NCBI GenBank assembly: GCA_963702845.1 | Contig: OY969763.1 | Coordinates: 2,944,001-3,008,000, forward strand | Length of the DNA: 64,000 nucleotides | Reading direction: 5' to 3' | Origin: an uncultured Verrucomicrobiae bacterium | GTDB taxonomy: Bacteria > Verrucomicrobiota > Verrucomicrobiia > Limisphaerales > Palsa-1400 | Shown: positions 10,620-20,195 of the stretch, one piece after another | Layout of the letters: each line of letters starts with the position of its first letter | Numbering within the stretch: position 1 is the first letter of the stretch | Translations under genes and position numbers: made by a program | The notes under the pieces: model-generated | Told to the model about the DNA's origin: nothing | Database searches by the model: none | Seen by the model: only the letters and a program-made list of their open reading frames with translations

Positions 10620-13600
10620 ATGAAAAAACTAACTTCCGTTCTCATTGTGGCTGGTGGTTTACTAGCCGGCCTAACCGCTCAGGCGACGCCATACGCGTCG
10701 TGTATCACTAACTCGGGTAACACAGTTTACTTCGACCTCAACGAAGCTGGCGGCAACGTCACCGTTACGTATGAGGACCACAGCACCAATGCCAACTTCA
10801 ACGGTGTAACGACCGGATTAAATCTTCCGGCCGGTTATCAGAGTTTTGATTTGACTGGCCATTCAGGCTACTCCATTTCCGTCTTCAAATCCGGTTCCGG
10901 TGCTCCCACGGTCACAACCACAATCGCGCGAGGTAGTGCACGTGGCCTTGCCGTCAACCAAAACGGAGCATCTAAATACTTCGGATACGTTTATTCCGCG
11001 ATCGGCGGTGCCGGCGTTGTCATGCAGAACGCCGATGGCAGTGGCGTTCTCAATGGAAATGGATTAAATCCGGCTGGGTTCTGGGGCGTTACCAGTTTTA
11101 GTCCAAATAAACTCAGCGTTGCACCCGACGATTACGTTCTTGTCGGCGATTTCTCCGCAGGGTCGGGTGGTGTCATGCGGATTGACCCCACCTTTACAAC
11201 AGGGCAACTGTTGCTGGCGGGTCAAGGCCAACAAATAAACCACGGTTCGGCAGAATCGCGACCACTCTTAACCGGCACGATTGGCACCGATGCAAAACTG
11301 TTCGTAGTGGATGGCAGCTTTGTAACGCCCTACAACCAGATATTTCAATACAACCTTGGCACAGGAAGCTATGATAATGCGCAGTTGCCGTGGTCAAACC
11401 AACCCGACTTGATCGGCACCAACATCAATCCAGCCGGATTGATTGGCTACAATGATGCAGGCGGCTTCGGTTTCTACTCTGGATTGTCCCGCGCCTCCAA
11501 TGGTTACTTCTACGTCACCGTTCAACGCCAGAACCATTCGAATCCGAATATGCAGGTATACGCGCCAGACGGCGCAACGTTGCTCTGGAGTTCGTTTTTC
11601 AAAAGAAACAACACCAACGCCGACTGGCTGCTGGACATTACAACGCAACTCGCTGAAAACCTCAGTGCGCCGTCCGATTCCGCTCTGTCTCCGGATGGTA
11701 GGTACGTTGCTATCGTCCATATTGACAATCACTTCACGATACTGACGATGACTAACGATGTCTTTGGAGGCGGTATTCCCGATATCACGACCGCGTATCT
11801 TTTCGCCGGTCCAGGAACAGCCGGAAATGGGCGAGGTATTGCATGGGATGCCGCCGGTAACCTTTGGATGAGCAGTTCCGGGCTTGGGAGTGTCTATCAG
11901 TATTCTCTCGGCCGTACCGCTACTGCCGTAACGTCTGGTAACATTACTGGTCCGACCAATTTCACGTTGATCTCCCCAACCGAAGCGGACATCACACCGT
12001 CACAATCGGTCGCCGCTCAAAGTAACCCTTACGGATATCCAACAAGCGCCACGAATGTCATCACCCGCACTGGCGACGTCAGCTCACCTGTAATCGTGAA
12101 ATTCACACTGAGCGGGACTGCTCCTGCAGGCTCCTACACCACTAGCGTCACCAACTCAGTCCAATTCCTCGCTGGTCAAACATCCACCAACCTGATTATC
12201 ACTCCGGTCAGCGATGGTGTCCCGCGTCCGACAACGACTGTGATAGTCACTTTGGTGACAAACGGTACGAGTCAATACAACGTCGGTTTCCAGAACCAGG
12301 CGACCACTTTCATCATCAACACCGCGACGCCGCAGTTGGTTGTGACCCCGGGCGGAGCAAAGATGTATAACGCTTACTCGAACGATTACTCGTCGATCAG
12401 CGTTACACGCTGGGGCAATACGAATGTGGCTATTACCTCCGCAGTATTTACTTACGGTGGGGCCGCCGTTAATGGCACCGATTATACTCCTGTGAGCACG
12501 ACGGTCGCGTTCAACGCAGGCGACGTGACAAAGACGGTCAGAATTGCCAAGCCACTGATCAACGGCCAACCCCCTGTGCACACGGCAACTCCGACCTATG
12601 TCGGCGATAAAACCTTCACTGTCGCGATACCATCCGGCACCGGGTATAATACTTACTCGAGCAATAACGCAGCAACGTTGACGATTGTTGACGCCGCTTA
12701 CCCGCCGTCTACCGTACTCTATTCTAACCCGCTGACTGATCCGAACGATGCAGCCAATTGGACCATCACTGCGCTTGCGGGTGATCAGACTGCCTCGCCG
12801 GATAACAACGTAGATTTTGGCTACGACCTGACTTCAAACAACGGGCAATCGGGTGCGAACGGCTTAATTACTCGGCCACCGAACGGTGCCACCGCTGCTT
12901 TAAGGGTCACCGCAAACAAACAATTCGGAGGCCAGGCGAATGCTGTCAATTTGTATCCGAGCGCTACGTTTAGCGGCAATTACGCTGTCCGTTTTAGCAT
13001 GTATATCTCGCAAGCGCAGACAATCGGCAGTTCCGCTGAAGGTCCGTTGTTTGGCATCAACCATGATGGATTGGAAACCAACTGGTGGTATGCAGCAGGC
13101 ACTCTGACAGGTGGTCCATGGACTGCCGACGGCGTGTGGTACTGGGTCGATGCCTGGGCTGGCGGTTATTCCTCTACGCTTGGTGATTACATGGAATTCA
13201 CAGGTATTTCCAATAACATTCCGAATTCCGGTTGGCGCCGTCCCGCAATCTCGACTGCGACGTCGTTCCAAAACATCTTCAAAGACCCTGAAGATTTCAC
13301 AACTGTGAACACCGCGAGCAATGCTGTTGCTGGACTACCGTCAAACGCCAGTCCGTTTGTCAAACCGACCCTCGTCGGAAACTGGGCGGATGTCGAAATC
13401 AATACGTCAAACAACATCGTCACACTCAACATCAACCACAGCCAAATCTTTAGCATGGCGAACACCAATTCGCTCTTCCAGAGCGGTCACCTAATGCTTG
13501 GCTATGAAGTGCCAAACGCTGAAAATGGATCAGTAGACGCTGCCGTTTACTTCTCGGACTTGAAGGTCGTCAGGCTCGCCTCAGCGATCGCCGCGCCCAC

Positions 13601-13817
13601 AATCACCAGCACCGCTGTGAATGGTGCGAGTGTGGTCATCAACTTCACCTCACCGAATGGCAGTGACACGACGTCGTCGTTCACCGTTCGTAATGTGGCA
13701 GTGGTGACTGGCACGTTTACCGATACGCCGGCGACAATCACTGGTGGACCTGGAACATTCCAAGCGACGCTTCCTGTATCTGGATCGACGCAGTTCTACC
13801 GCATCCATCACAACTAA
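10620..13817 (+). CDS. Large secreted multidomain protein, paralog 3
   Basis: MKKLTSVLIVAGG signal peptide (start by homology with paralog 2); same domain order; ends QFYRIHHN. Confidence 0.88.
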   Translation: MKKLTSVLIVAGGLLAGLTAQATPYASCITNSGNTVYFDLNEAGGNVTVTYEDHSTNANFNGVTTGLNLPAGYQSFDLTGHSGYSISVFKSGSGAPTVTTTIARGSARGLAVNQNGASKYFGYVYSAIGGAGVVMQNADGSGVLNGNGLNPAGFWGVTSFSPNKLSVAPDDYVLVGDFSAGSGGVMRIDPTFTTGQLLLAGQGQQINHGSAESRPLLTGTIGTDAKLFVVDGSFVTPYNQIFQYNLGTGSYDNAQLPWSNQPDLIGTNINPAGLIGYNDAGGFGFYSGLSRASNGYFYVTVQRQNHSNPNMQVYAPDGATLLWSSFFKRNNTNADWLLDITTQLAENLSAPSDSALSPDGRYVAIVHIDNHFTILTMTNDVFGGGIPDITTAYLFAGPGTAGNGRGIAWDAAGNLWMSSSGLGSVYQYSLGRTATAVTSGNITGPTNFTLISPTEADITPSQSVAAQSNPYGYPTSATNVITRTGDVSSPVIVKFTLSGTAPAGSYTTSVTNSVQFLAGQTSTNLIITPVSDGVPRPTTTVIVTLVTNGTSQYNVGFQNQATTFIINTATPQLVVTPGGAKMYNAYSNDYSSISVTRWGNTNVAITSAVFTYGGAAVNGTDYTPVSTTVAFNAGDVTKTVRIAKPLINGQPPVHTATPTYVGDKTFTVAIPSGTGYNTYSSNNAATLTIVDAAYPPSTVLYSNPLTDPNDAANWTITALAGDQTASPDNNVDFGYDLTSNNGQSGANGLITRPPNGATAALRVTANKQFGGQANAVNLYPSATFSGNYAVRFSMYISQAQTIGSSAEGPLFGINHDGLETNWWYAAGTLTGGPWTADGVWYWVDAWAGGYSSTLGDYMEFTGISNNIPNSGWRRPAISTATSFQNIFKDPEDFTTVNTASNAVAGLPSNASPFVKPTLVGNWADVEINTSNNIVTLNINHSQIFSMANTNSLFQSGHLMLGYEVPNAENGSVDAAVYFSDLKVVRLASAIAAPTITSTAVNGASVVINFTSPNGSDTTSSFTVRNVAVVTGTFTDTPATITGGPGTFQATLPVSGSTQFYRIHHN

Positions 13818-13834
13818 ATAGGTTAATCTAAACG

Positions 13835-13865
13835 AGCCGGCAGGTTTATTCCTGCCGGCTTTTTT
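13835..13865 (+). terminator. Rho-independent terminator
   Basis: AGCCGGCAGG/CCTGCCGGCT stem plus T run; near copy of 10471-10502. Confidence 0.85.
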
Positions 13866-14069
13866 ATTCCCATCAGGAAGTTACAATTCAACACGACTAT
13901 CCGACCTCTCGGCATCGGATGGACCAGTCTCGTTCAAGCCCTTGACGCGGAAACAAACAACTTCAGTTGATGGGATTGGACGGCGGTGCTTGAAGCGATC
14001 TCTGACGCGGTGAACCAATTGGACGTCGCTGTCGCGAACACCTTCGGCTGGTGATGGTCAACTTGCCAA

Positions 14070-14939
14070 TTACTGCGTCGCAACGCTCGTTCTTTGGAGC
14101 AACCACATGAAGTCATTACGATTGGTTACATACTGCGGCAAATCCGCGGCATCAGGACGAGGTGGAGCGAGCGTGGAAGCGTCGTGCCATTGATGCGTTT
14201 CACAATGGCCATCGGCAAACGCAAGTGCGGACGAGTCGTTGTGATAGGAGGCGGGCAAGTCGGCCCACTCAAATGGATACGTCCATTGCATGAGGAAATA
14301 ACCATCATTGATGCTGTCGGGATGTTCATCGATGAACACAAAAATATTCGCTGGAGCCGGAATCTGCGGGAGTCTGAAAAATTGTTTGTAGCCCACGTTG
14401 TTAACGTTCTGGCCGCTCGCAGTCAATTCCCCGGCGTCGCCGACCATCGCGTTCATTGAATAACTGCGCACCCGTTCCGACCAACCAGCAGATCGTTGGA
14501 CATCACTCAGCGCATGGTCAGACGGACATTTATAGACGCGGGAATTATTGTAACAATATGTGGCCAGGCTGGACTTGAGCATCAACGTGGTATTCGTGTT
14601 ATCAGGCGTTGTTTCCCAATCCATGTTTCCATTGACCCAATTTAACGCATTAAACGGCGCGATCGTCCGGCGATCGGGATCACCGCCAAGATTGTAGGGC
14701 AGGCGGTCACGCTGGTCATGGGCATACAAATGCCACGCAAGAATAAGTTGCCGCACATTGTTTACACACATGATGCCATTGGTCCGAGCTTTGGCGCGTG
14801 CGAGGGTGGGCAAAACAAGAGCTGCCAGAATACCAATAGTGGCAATAACCACCAGCAACTCAATCAACGTGAAGGCGCGCAATCCGCGGAAACGCACGCG
14901 TCGCCGCGCCACTGATGGACTGGTGAAGGAAAAGGCCAT
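14070..14939 (-). CDS. Prepilin-type N-terminal cleavage/methylation protein with H-X9-DG motif (DUF1559-like)
   Basis: [39 protein letters not shown]. Confidence 0.92.
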   Translation of the reverse strand: MAFSFTSPSVARRRVRFRGLRAFTLIELLVVIATIGILAALVLPTLARAKARTNGIMCVNNVRQLILAWHLYAHDQRDRLPYNLGGDPDRRTIAPFNALNWVNGNMDWETTPDNTNTTLMLKSSLATYCYNNSRVYKCPSDHALSDVQRSAGWSERVRSYSMNAMVGDAGELTASGQNVNNVGYKQFFRLPQIPAPANIFVFIDEHPDSINDGYFLMQWTYPFEWADLPASYHNDSSALAFADGHCETHQWHDASTLAPPRPDAADLPQYVTNRNDFMWLLQRTSVATQ

Positions 14940-15064
14940 AACGACCACACGGTCCCATTAACGAAACATGAGGGTAGTAGACCGTGCGCCGGAATTCAAA
15001 ATGTTTATGCATCAGCTCAAGCTTGAGCGCCGAATCGGTGAAACACTGCTGAACCTGAACAGGG

Positions 15065-15808
15065 CTACGAGCCAGTGAGATACTTGCGTAGCGACTCCGC
15101 GTCACCCGGGCCCGCGAGCAAATATGTGTTATCACCCTGGGACCAGGATACCGTTGCCAGCTTTTTTATCTTCTCCGATTGAGGTGCGGAGGGAGGATCG
15201 GCCAAAGCGTTCTTTTCCATGACGAATAGGAATACCATCTGTTTATTTCCTCGATCGAAACAAGCCATACTCACTGGGTGATTGTGCCAGTGCAGAACAC
15301 CGCCTCCCGTAAGTTTCAATTGTGCCAAACCTTTAGGAACCTCGAAATCCGCTGGCGCACGCCGCGCCTCCATCCAATGGCGCAATTGGCCCATATCTCG
15401 GGTCAAGAGTTCCATTTTATATTCACGCAAAGCAGACCGAACCATCCGCGATTGGAATTCGGTCAACCCAGACTGCATTGCAAAGCCGTAATAAATCAGC
15501 GCCAGCACACCTCCGAGAAGGACAACAAAACACGCCGCCAACTTCAGCCACTCCGCGGTGCCCCACGCGAATCGAGGCCGAACAATTTTGCGTTGCTCGA
15601 GCAATCGCTGCTTTAGTGTTTCTGGAACGGCAATGCTGCGAAATTTCTCACGCAAAGCATGTTCGGTGCGTAGATGCTGTTCGAACCATGCCCGCAACTC
15701 AGGATCTATTCGCGTGAGCGCCAATGCATCGCGCATCGCCGGATCGGTCGATTCCCGATCCGGTGGACGAAACAGTTCCAAAATTCTTTGCGCTTCTGTT
15801 CGTGTCAT
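15065..15808 (-). CDS. Membrane-anchored anti-sigma factor (DUF3379-like)
   Basis: Overlaps the ECF sigma stop codon; N-terminal helical domain, single TM helix, periplasmic domain. Confidence 0.7.
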   Translation of the reverse strand: MTRTEAQRILELFRPPDRESTDPAMRDALALTRIDPELRAWFEQHLRTEHALREKFRSIAVPETLKQRLLEQRKIVRPRFAWGTAEWLKLAACFVVLLGGVLALIYYGFAMQSGLTEFQSRMVRSALREYKMELLTRDMGQLRHWMEARRAPADFEVPKGLAQLKLTGGGVLHWHNHPVSMACFDRGNKQMVFLFVMEKNALADPPSAPQSEKIKKLATVSWSQGDNTYLLAGPGDAESLRKYLTGS

Positions 15809-16422
15809 ACCCTTGCCTCCCCTGCCCGCCCGTCTGAATCTTTCGCAAACAATGTTCTCAACTCACGCAATCCACGGGCGATGCGCGATTTGACAGTTCC
15901 CAGCGGCACTTCCAGCACCTCGGCGATTTCGTTGTAAGAATATTCCTCCAAATAAAACAACGCCACGGGCGCTTGAAATTGAGGGTTCACCTGGCCGAGC
16001 ATTTTCACCACCAAATGTGAATCCAGGCGGCTGACCAACTCCGGTTGCAACACCGGCAGTTCACTTTCAGCACCGCCCAATTCGACATGGACAAAGCGGG
16101 TCTCGCGTCTTTTGTCCTGCAAAAAACGACGGTGCAAGGTTGTAAAAAGCCACGTCTTCACTTTTGATGCATCCTGCAACTGGTGCCCTTTCTCCGCCCA
16201 AACCACGAACGTTTCCTGCACCAGGTCGCAAGCACTGCTTTCCGCATGTGTTAAGCTGTAGGCGAACCGAAACAGCGGGGCGTAATACGCCTCCACTAAT
16301 TCCTCGAACTGCAACTCGCCTTTTTCATGCACACGCTGAATATATGAGGGTTCTGGACCTTGGATGTTCCCGCCTTTTTTTCGGGAACCAATCCTACGGC
16401 GACGCATCCTACCAATATGCAA
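15805..16422 (-). CDS. ECF RNA polymerase sigma factor (true start possibly GTG 16332)
   Basis: DLVQETF, KTWLFT, YSYNEIAEVLEVPLGTVKSRIARG. Confidence 0.93.
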   Translation of the reverse strand: MHIGRMRRRRIGSRKKGGNIQGPEPSYIQRVHEKGELQFEELVEAYYAPLFRFAYSLTHAESSACDLVQETFVVWAEKGHQLQDASKVKTWLFTTLHRRFLQDKRRETRFVHVELGGAESELPVLQPELVSRLDSHLVVKMLGQVNPQFQAPVALFYLEEYSYNEIAEVLEVPLGTVKSRIARGLRELRTLFAKDSDGRAGEARV

Positions 16423-16546
16423 CGGCTAACAAAGCCTTTTGTGGGGCGCCAAAGCCTAACCGTTGAAACCGGTGTCCCAGTTGTTTTCGCTGTTCGGATT
16501 CGCAAACCGCGACGGCACGCCGGGCGCAAGCTGTTGTTGTATCAGT

Positions 16547-17407
16547 ATGAACTATCTCAATCGTTTGATTTCGGGACTTCTTGGCGTGGCCGCAGTTCTC
16601 CCGGTCTGCGCGGACACCCTCACCGTTTCCGCATCGACTGACACTTGGATTCTCGGCGAGAATCCGGACGCTAACTTCAGCAGCGACGGACACGGCTTGG
16701 GGGCTGGCAGGAACAGCCACGGCTCACCGATGCGTGCGATGTTCAAATTCAATCTGTCGCAAATTCCAGCCAATGCCACAGTGACATCCGTTTCTGTGAC
16801 CGTTACCGAAATCAAAGAAAACTCGCTTAGCAGCACCGACTACGAACTGCATCGCATCCTACAAAGCTGGGTCAACACCGAAACAACGTGGAATAATCGA
16901 ACACCAGGTCTTGATTCAGGCACTGACTACAGCCCAGTGGCCAGCGGCACGATGACTGCCCCATTAAATGCGTTTGGTCCGAACACCTTTGATTCAACAA
17001 CTAGCCTCATTGCCGATGTGCAGGCTTGGATCAACGATCCGACGAGCAACAATGGTTGGTTTTTCAAGGATGCATTCGAATCGGGCCAAAACGGCCGCAG
17101 GTGGGGTTCCACGTTTCTTGCGCAATTTGGCGCCGGGGATGCAGCAAGCCTGTCTGTAACATACACGGCCAGCACACCGCCTCCGCAGCAACCGACGTTG
17201 ACTGACGCGACCGCTGCAGCCGGCCAATTTCAATTTGCATTCACTGCCGAAGCCAATCGGTCTTACACCGTGGAGAGCCGACAGGCATTCGATGGGGCTT
17301 TATGGGCTACGTTGACGACCTTCCCGGCCTCAAGCGCGCCGACAAATTACGTTGTCACAGACCCTGTTTCGCAGGTCACAAAGTTTTACCGTGTAAGCAC
17401 ACCATAG
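16547..17407 (+). CDS. Secreted DNRLRE-like domain protein with C-terminal FYR domain
   Basis: Signal peptide; DTWI...NPDANF, RAMFKFNLSQIPANATVTS, TWNNR, ADVQAW...NNGW; ends KFYRVSTP. Confidence 0.8.
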   Translation: MNYLNRLISGLLGVAAVLPVCADTLTVSASTDTWILGENPDANFSSDGHGLGAGRNSHGSPMRAMFKFNLSQIPANATVTSVSVTVTEIKENSLSSTDYELHRILQSWVNTETTWNNRTPGLDSGTDYSPVASGTMTAPLNAFGPNTFDSTTSLIADVQAWINDPTSNNGWFFKDAFESGQNGRRWGSTFLAQFGAGDAASLSVTYTASTPPPQQPTLTDATAAAGQFQFAFTAEANRSYTVESRQAFDGALWATLTTFPASSAPTNYVVTDPVSQVTKFYRVSTP

Positions 17408-17465
17408 AAGGCAGGAGCATCGCGCTGCAACGCGTGGATGACGCTTGGGCGTTGTCCCCTGCCCT

Positions 17466-18173
17466 TTATGGCGTGTTAATTTTCAGCATGACGCGCTCGA
17501 TCTCGGCGCGTATTCGCTCCCGTTCAGCATCGTCTGCTGTGCGCGGAACGAAGATCGGCTCGGCAAAAGAAATTTTGCAGCCGGCAAACGGCAGCGGAAC
17601 CTGAAATTTATCCCAACTCCGCGCCTTAAAATGTGGACGCCCCTCAAAAGCAAGCGGGACGATGGGACGCCCCGTCAGTTGGGCAAGCGAAACGATTCCT
17701 TTCTGAATTTTGTAGCACGGTCCGCGCGGACCGTCGGGCGTAATGGCAATGTTGTATCCCTTCTCTGAAAGCCATCCCGTCGCCTCCAACAAAGCCTGGG
17801 CGCCACGCCGACTCGACGAGCCGCGAATTGGCTGCATGCCAAAATGCTCAAGAATCGACGCCAGAAAAGCGCCATCCCGACTCGCACTCACGACGGCAGC
17901 CAATCCGGTAGCTGGCCACAGTTTGCGGAACGCGACGTTATTACTCGCCAGCGCCATTGCCAACCGATTGTGCCAAACGCAAAAAATCACCGGCGATGGC
18001 GAAGCCGTTTCATTCGCTTGACGTGCAGCTTCGTCAAAGGGCGACCACCGAATACGCCACGTAGCAATCACAACTCGTGCAAAAGCGCATAGAAGTTCCA
18101 CACCGCAACGCTTGTGGAATGGCAGAACGTGCGGAACCACTACACCCACGGACTTTCTTGCGGGGGCCGACAT
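17466..18173 (-). CDS. DUF374 / lysophospholipid acyltransferase-superfamily protein
   Basis: FCVWHNR, VSASRDG, IRGSSSRRG, ITPDGPRGP, SWDKFQVPLPF. Confidence 0.88.
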   Translation of the reverse strand: MSAPARKSVGVVVPHVLPFHKRCGVELLCAFARVVIATWRIRWSPFDEAARQANETASPSPVIFCVWHNRLAMALASNNVAFRKLWPATGLAAVVSASRDGAFLASILEHFGMQPIRGSSSRRGAQALLEATGWLSEKGYNIAITPDGPRGPCYKIQKGIVSLAQLTGRPIVPLAFEGRPHFKARSWDKFQVPLPFAGCKISFAEPIFVPRTADDAERERIRAEIERVMLKINTP

Positions 18174-18778
18174 CAGTTTCCCTTTTTCAAACTGGCCCGC
18201 ACCAATTGTTCGACCGTCGCCTGTGGCCCCAACATGGCCAGTGCCGCGCGAACAGTATCGTGAGCGTCGGGTTGCTTGAACCCAAGCGCCATCAATGCCA
18301 GCACGGCGTCATTAATCTTCTGATCATCGGCCGAAAGCGAACGCTCCGCGCTGCCAGCTTCAAATGCAGCCGACTTGCCGATTTTATCTCTCAACTCTAC
18401 GACGATGCGTTCGGCAGTCTTTTTTCCAACACCGTTAATTTGCGAAAGCATTTTGACATCGCCATTCGCAACCGCAGACCGGAGCGTCGTCGTACTCGTG
18501 CCACTAAGAATGTTAAGCGCGATTTTCGGCCCAATTCCGCTGACGGTGTTGATCAACAAGCGGAACAAATCGCGTTCAGCAGCGGTCATAAATCCATAAA
18601 GAATATGTGCGTCGTCGCGAATGGCCAGATGCGTGAGGATTTTTACAGGCTGTCCCGGCTGCGGCAGCTTATCGAACGAAGACAACGGAATCAGCACTTC
18701 ATACCCGACACCGTTAACGTCAATAATGACCTGTGTTGGGAGAGCTTCGGCAAGTTTACCGTGCAGGAACGTAATCAC
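18173..18778 (-). CDS. ruvA: Holliday junction branch migration protein RuvA
   Basis: DVNGVGYEV, LYGF, VSGIGPKIAL, GVGKKTAERIVVELRDK, ALMALGF. Confidence 0.97.
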   Translation of the reverse strand: MITFLHGKLAEALPTQVIIDVNGVGYEVLIPLSSFDKLPQPGQPVKILTHLAIRDDAHILYGFMTAAERDLFRLLINTVSGIGPKIALNILSGTSTTTLRSAVANGDVKMLSQINGVGKKTAERIVVELRDKIGKSAAFEAGSAERSLSADDQKINDAVLALMALGFKQPDAHDTVRAALAMLGPQATVEQLVRASLKKGN

Positions 18779-19275
18779 TGCGGCGAATCATAGGGAGGTT
18801 GGGGGGCATTGGAAATATTTTCCTCCATGTCCACCAAGCGGTTTTTCCCGACGTTCCTAAAAAAGAGATACAAATAAAAAGGTGCCAGCACGATCCCCAC
18901 GCCGGTCATCAGTGCCAGGCAGAATGTAAATAATACGAATCCGACGATTGTGATAATATTGACACGAAGGCGTTGTGAAATCGCATTTCGCAACACCTCG
19001 CCTTCTGAGAAAACTTGAACGTATGGCAGGAGGTTATTGTAATCTCCAACCGCAGCCCCGTACTTCGGACAAAACCACGCGTTAACATCATGATCCGTAA
19101 GGCATCGATGGCAAATAGGCCTGGCGGTTTCCTCTGAAACGGCAGCTTGAACATCGCTCTCCCAAGGGTCTGGTCGAGGAACCAGTTTACGGAAATGTTG
19201 GAACAGCCGGTAAAGTCCCAATGCGACGACGATCGCGATTCCGGTCGCTACAACTTTTGCATCGGTGGGTGACAT
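18775..19275 (-). CDS. Hypothetical membrane protein with zinc-ribbon-like motif
   Basis: TM helices plus CHRC...FCPKYG; coupled to ruvA. Confidence 0.6.
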   Translation of the reverse strand: MSPTDAKVVATGIAIVVALGLYRLFQHFRKLVPRPDPWESDVQAAVSEETARPICHRCLTDHDVNAWFCPKYGAAVGDYNNLLPYVQVFSEGEVLRNAISQRLRVNIITIVGFVLFTFCLALMTGVGIVLAPFYLYLFFRNVGKNRLVDMEENISNAPQPPYDSPQ

Positions 19276-19282
19276 GACAGTG

Positions 19283-19621
19283 TCAACCCGGCGGCCACGC
19301 CATCGACCTGCCGCCGAGAATGTGCAGGTGCAGATGAGGAACCGATTCTCCAGCATCCGGTCCGTTGTTGATCACAAGCCGAAAACCACTTTGTTCCAAA
19401 CCAGCTTTCTTCGCAATCTCTGCAGCCTTCAGCAGCATGTGTCCAAGGATCTTGTGATCGTCCGGTTGCGCTTCAGCAATGCGGGGAATGCACTTCTTTG
19501 GAATCACCAGGATGTGCGTCGGCGCGCCTGGTTTGACGTCTTTAAATGCCAACACCATCTCGTCTTCATAGACGATGTTCGCCGGGATCTCTTTCGCGAT
19601 AATTTTGTCGAAGATCGTCAT
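19283..19621 (-). CDS. hinT: Histidine triad nucleotide-binding protein
   Basis: TIFDKII...EIPA, APTHILVIPK, HLHLHILGGR...WPPG. Confidence 0.95.
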   Translation of the reverse strand: MTIFDKIIAKEIPANIVYEDEMVLAFKDVKPGAPTHILVIPKKCIPRIAEAQPDDHKILGHMLLKAAEIAKKAGLEQSGFRLVINNGPDAGESVPHLHLHILGGRSMAWPPG

Positions 19622-19646
19622 AAACTATTCCCCTCGCCCTGACCGT

Positions 19647-20195
19647 TTACAATACAACCAACGCGCACTTGTCGCTCCCAAAATCTGAACTCCAGCAGAT
19701 GCGCATGTAGTCCACAATTTGATCCGACAATTTCTGGCACTTCGCGCTCCAACGTTCCGCGCCGAGCAAAATTTTCACACTGCCGCGCAATCCACGAAAC
19801 GCCACCACTTGAGGCGATTCACTTAACCGCTTCTTCAAGTCTTCACGCAACGTTTGGAAAAAGAACAATTCACAGCCATTGCCGGCAGTCACAATATGCC
19901 GCAGGTCACCTTCAGAAACCGCGGCTGACGGGGCCGGTGCGTCGCTCAACACCTGAAAGCCGAGACCACGCAAAACTTTTTCTAACGCATCGGCAAATTC
20001 CGAAATCGACACATATGTGCGGTGCAATTCCTCTTTGAAATAATGCAAGACCGCGGCGGAAGCGTTGCGGATCAACTCCGGTTCCACATTAGTGGCGGCG
20101 TCGCCCATCAATTCGAGCGTGACCCACTCCGCCGAACACGGGATGTCTTCGCCGGATGAGGTTTGGAAAATCAACGAATCATGTCTGAGGTGCAT
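19647..20195 (-). CDS. Hypothetical protein, possibly a degenerate ATP-cone
   Basis: GGAGG RBS then ATG 20195, overlapping the nrdR end. Confidence 0.65.
   Translation of the reverse strand: MHLRHDSLIFQTSSGEDIPCSAEWVTLELMGDAATNVEPELIRNASAAVLHYFKEELHRTYVSISEFADALEKVLRGLGFQVLSDAPAPSAAVSEGDLRHIVTAGNGCELFFFQTLREDLKKRLSESPQVVAFRGLRGSVKILLGAERWSAKCQKLSDQIVDYMRICWSSDFGSDKCALVVL

Noticed and set aside
3877..13817. Diversity-generating retroelement TR/VR explanation for the similar 3' ends
   Set aside because: No reverse transcriptase in the window, differences are not adenine-specific, and both copies are coding
13880..14069. Possible fibronectin-III remnant on the minus strand (FRVKGLNETGPS)
   Set aside because: Too short and without a start; could be chance
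18173..18778. ruvA without ruvB/ruvC
   Set aside because: Split ruv loci are common
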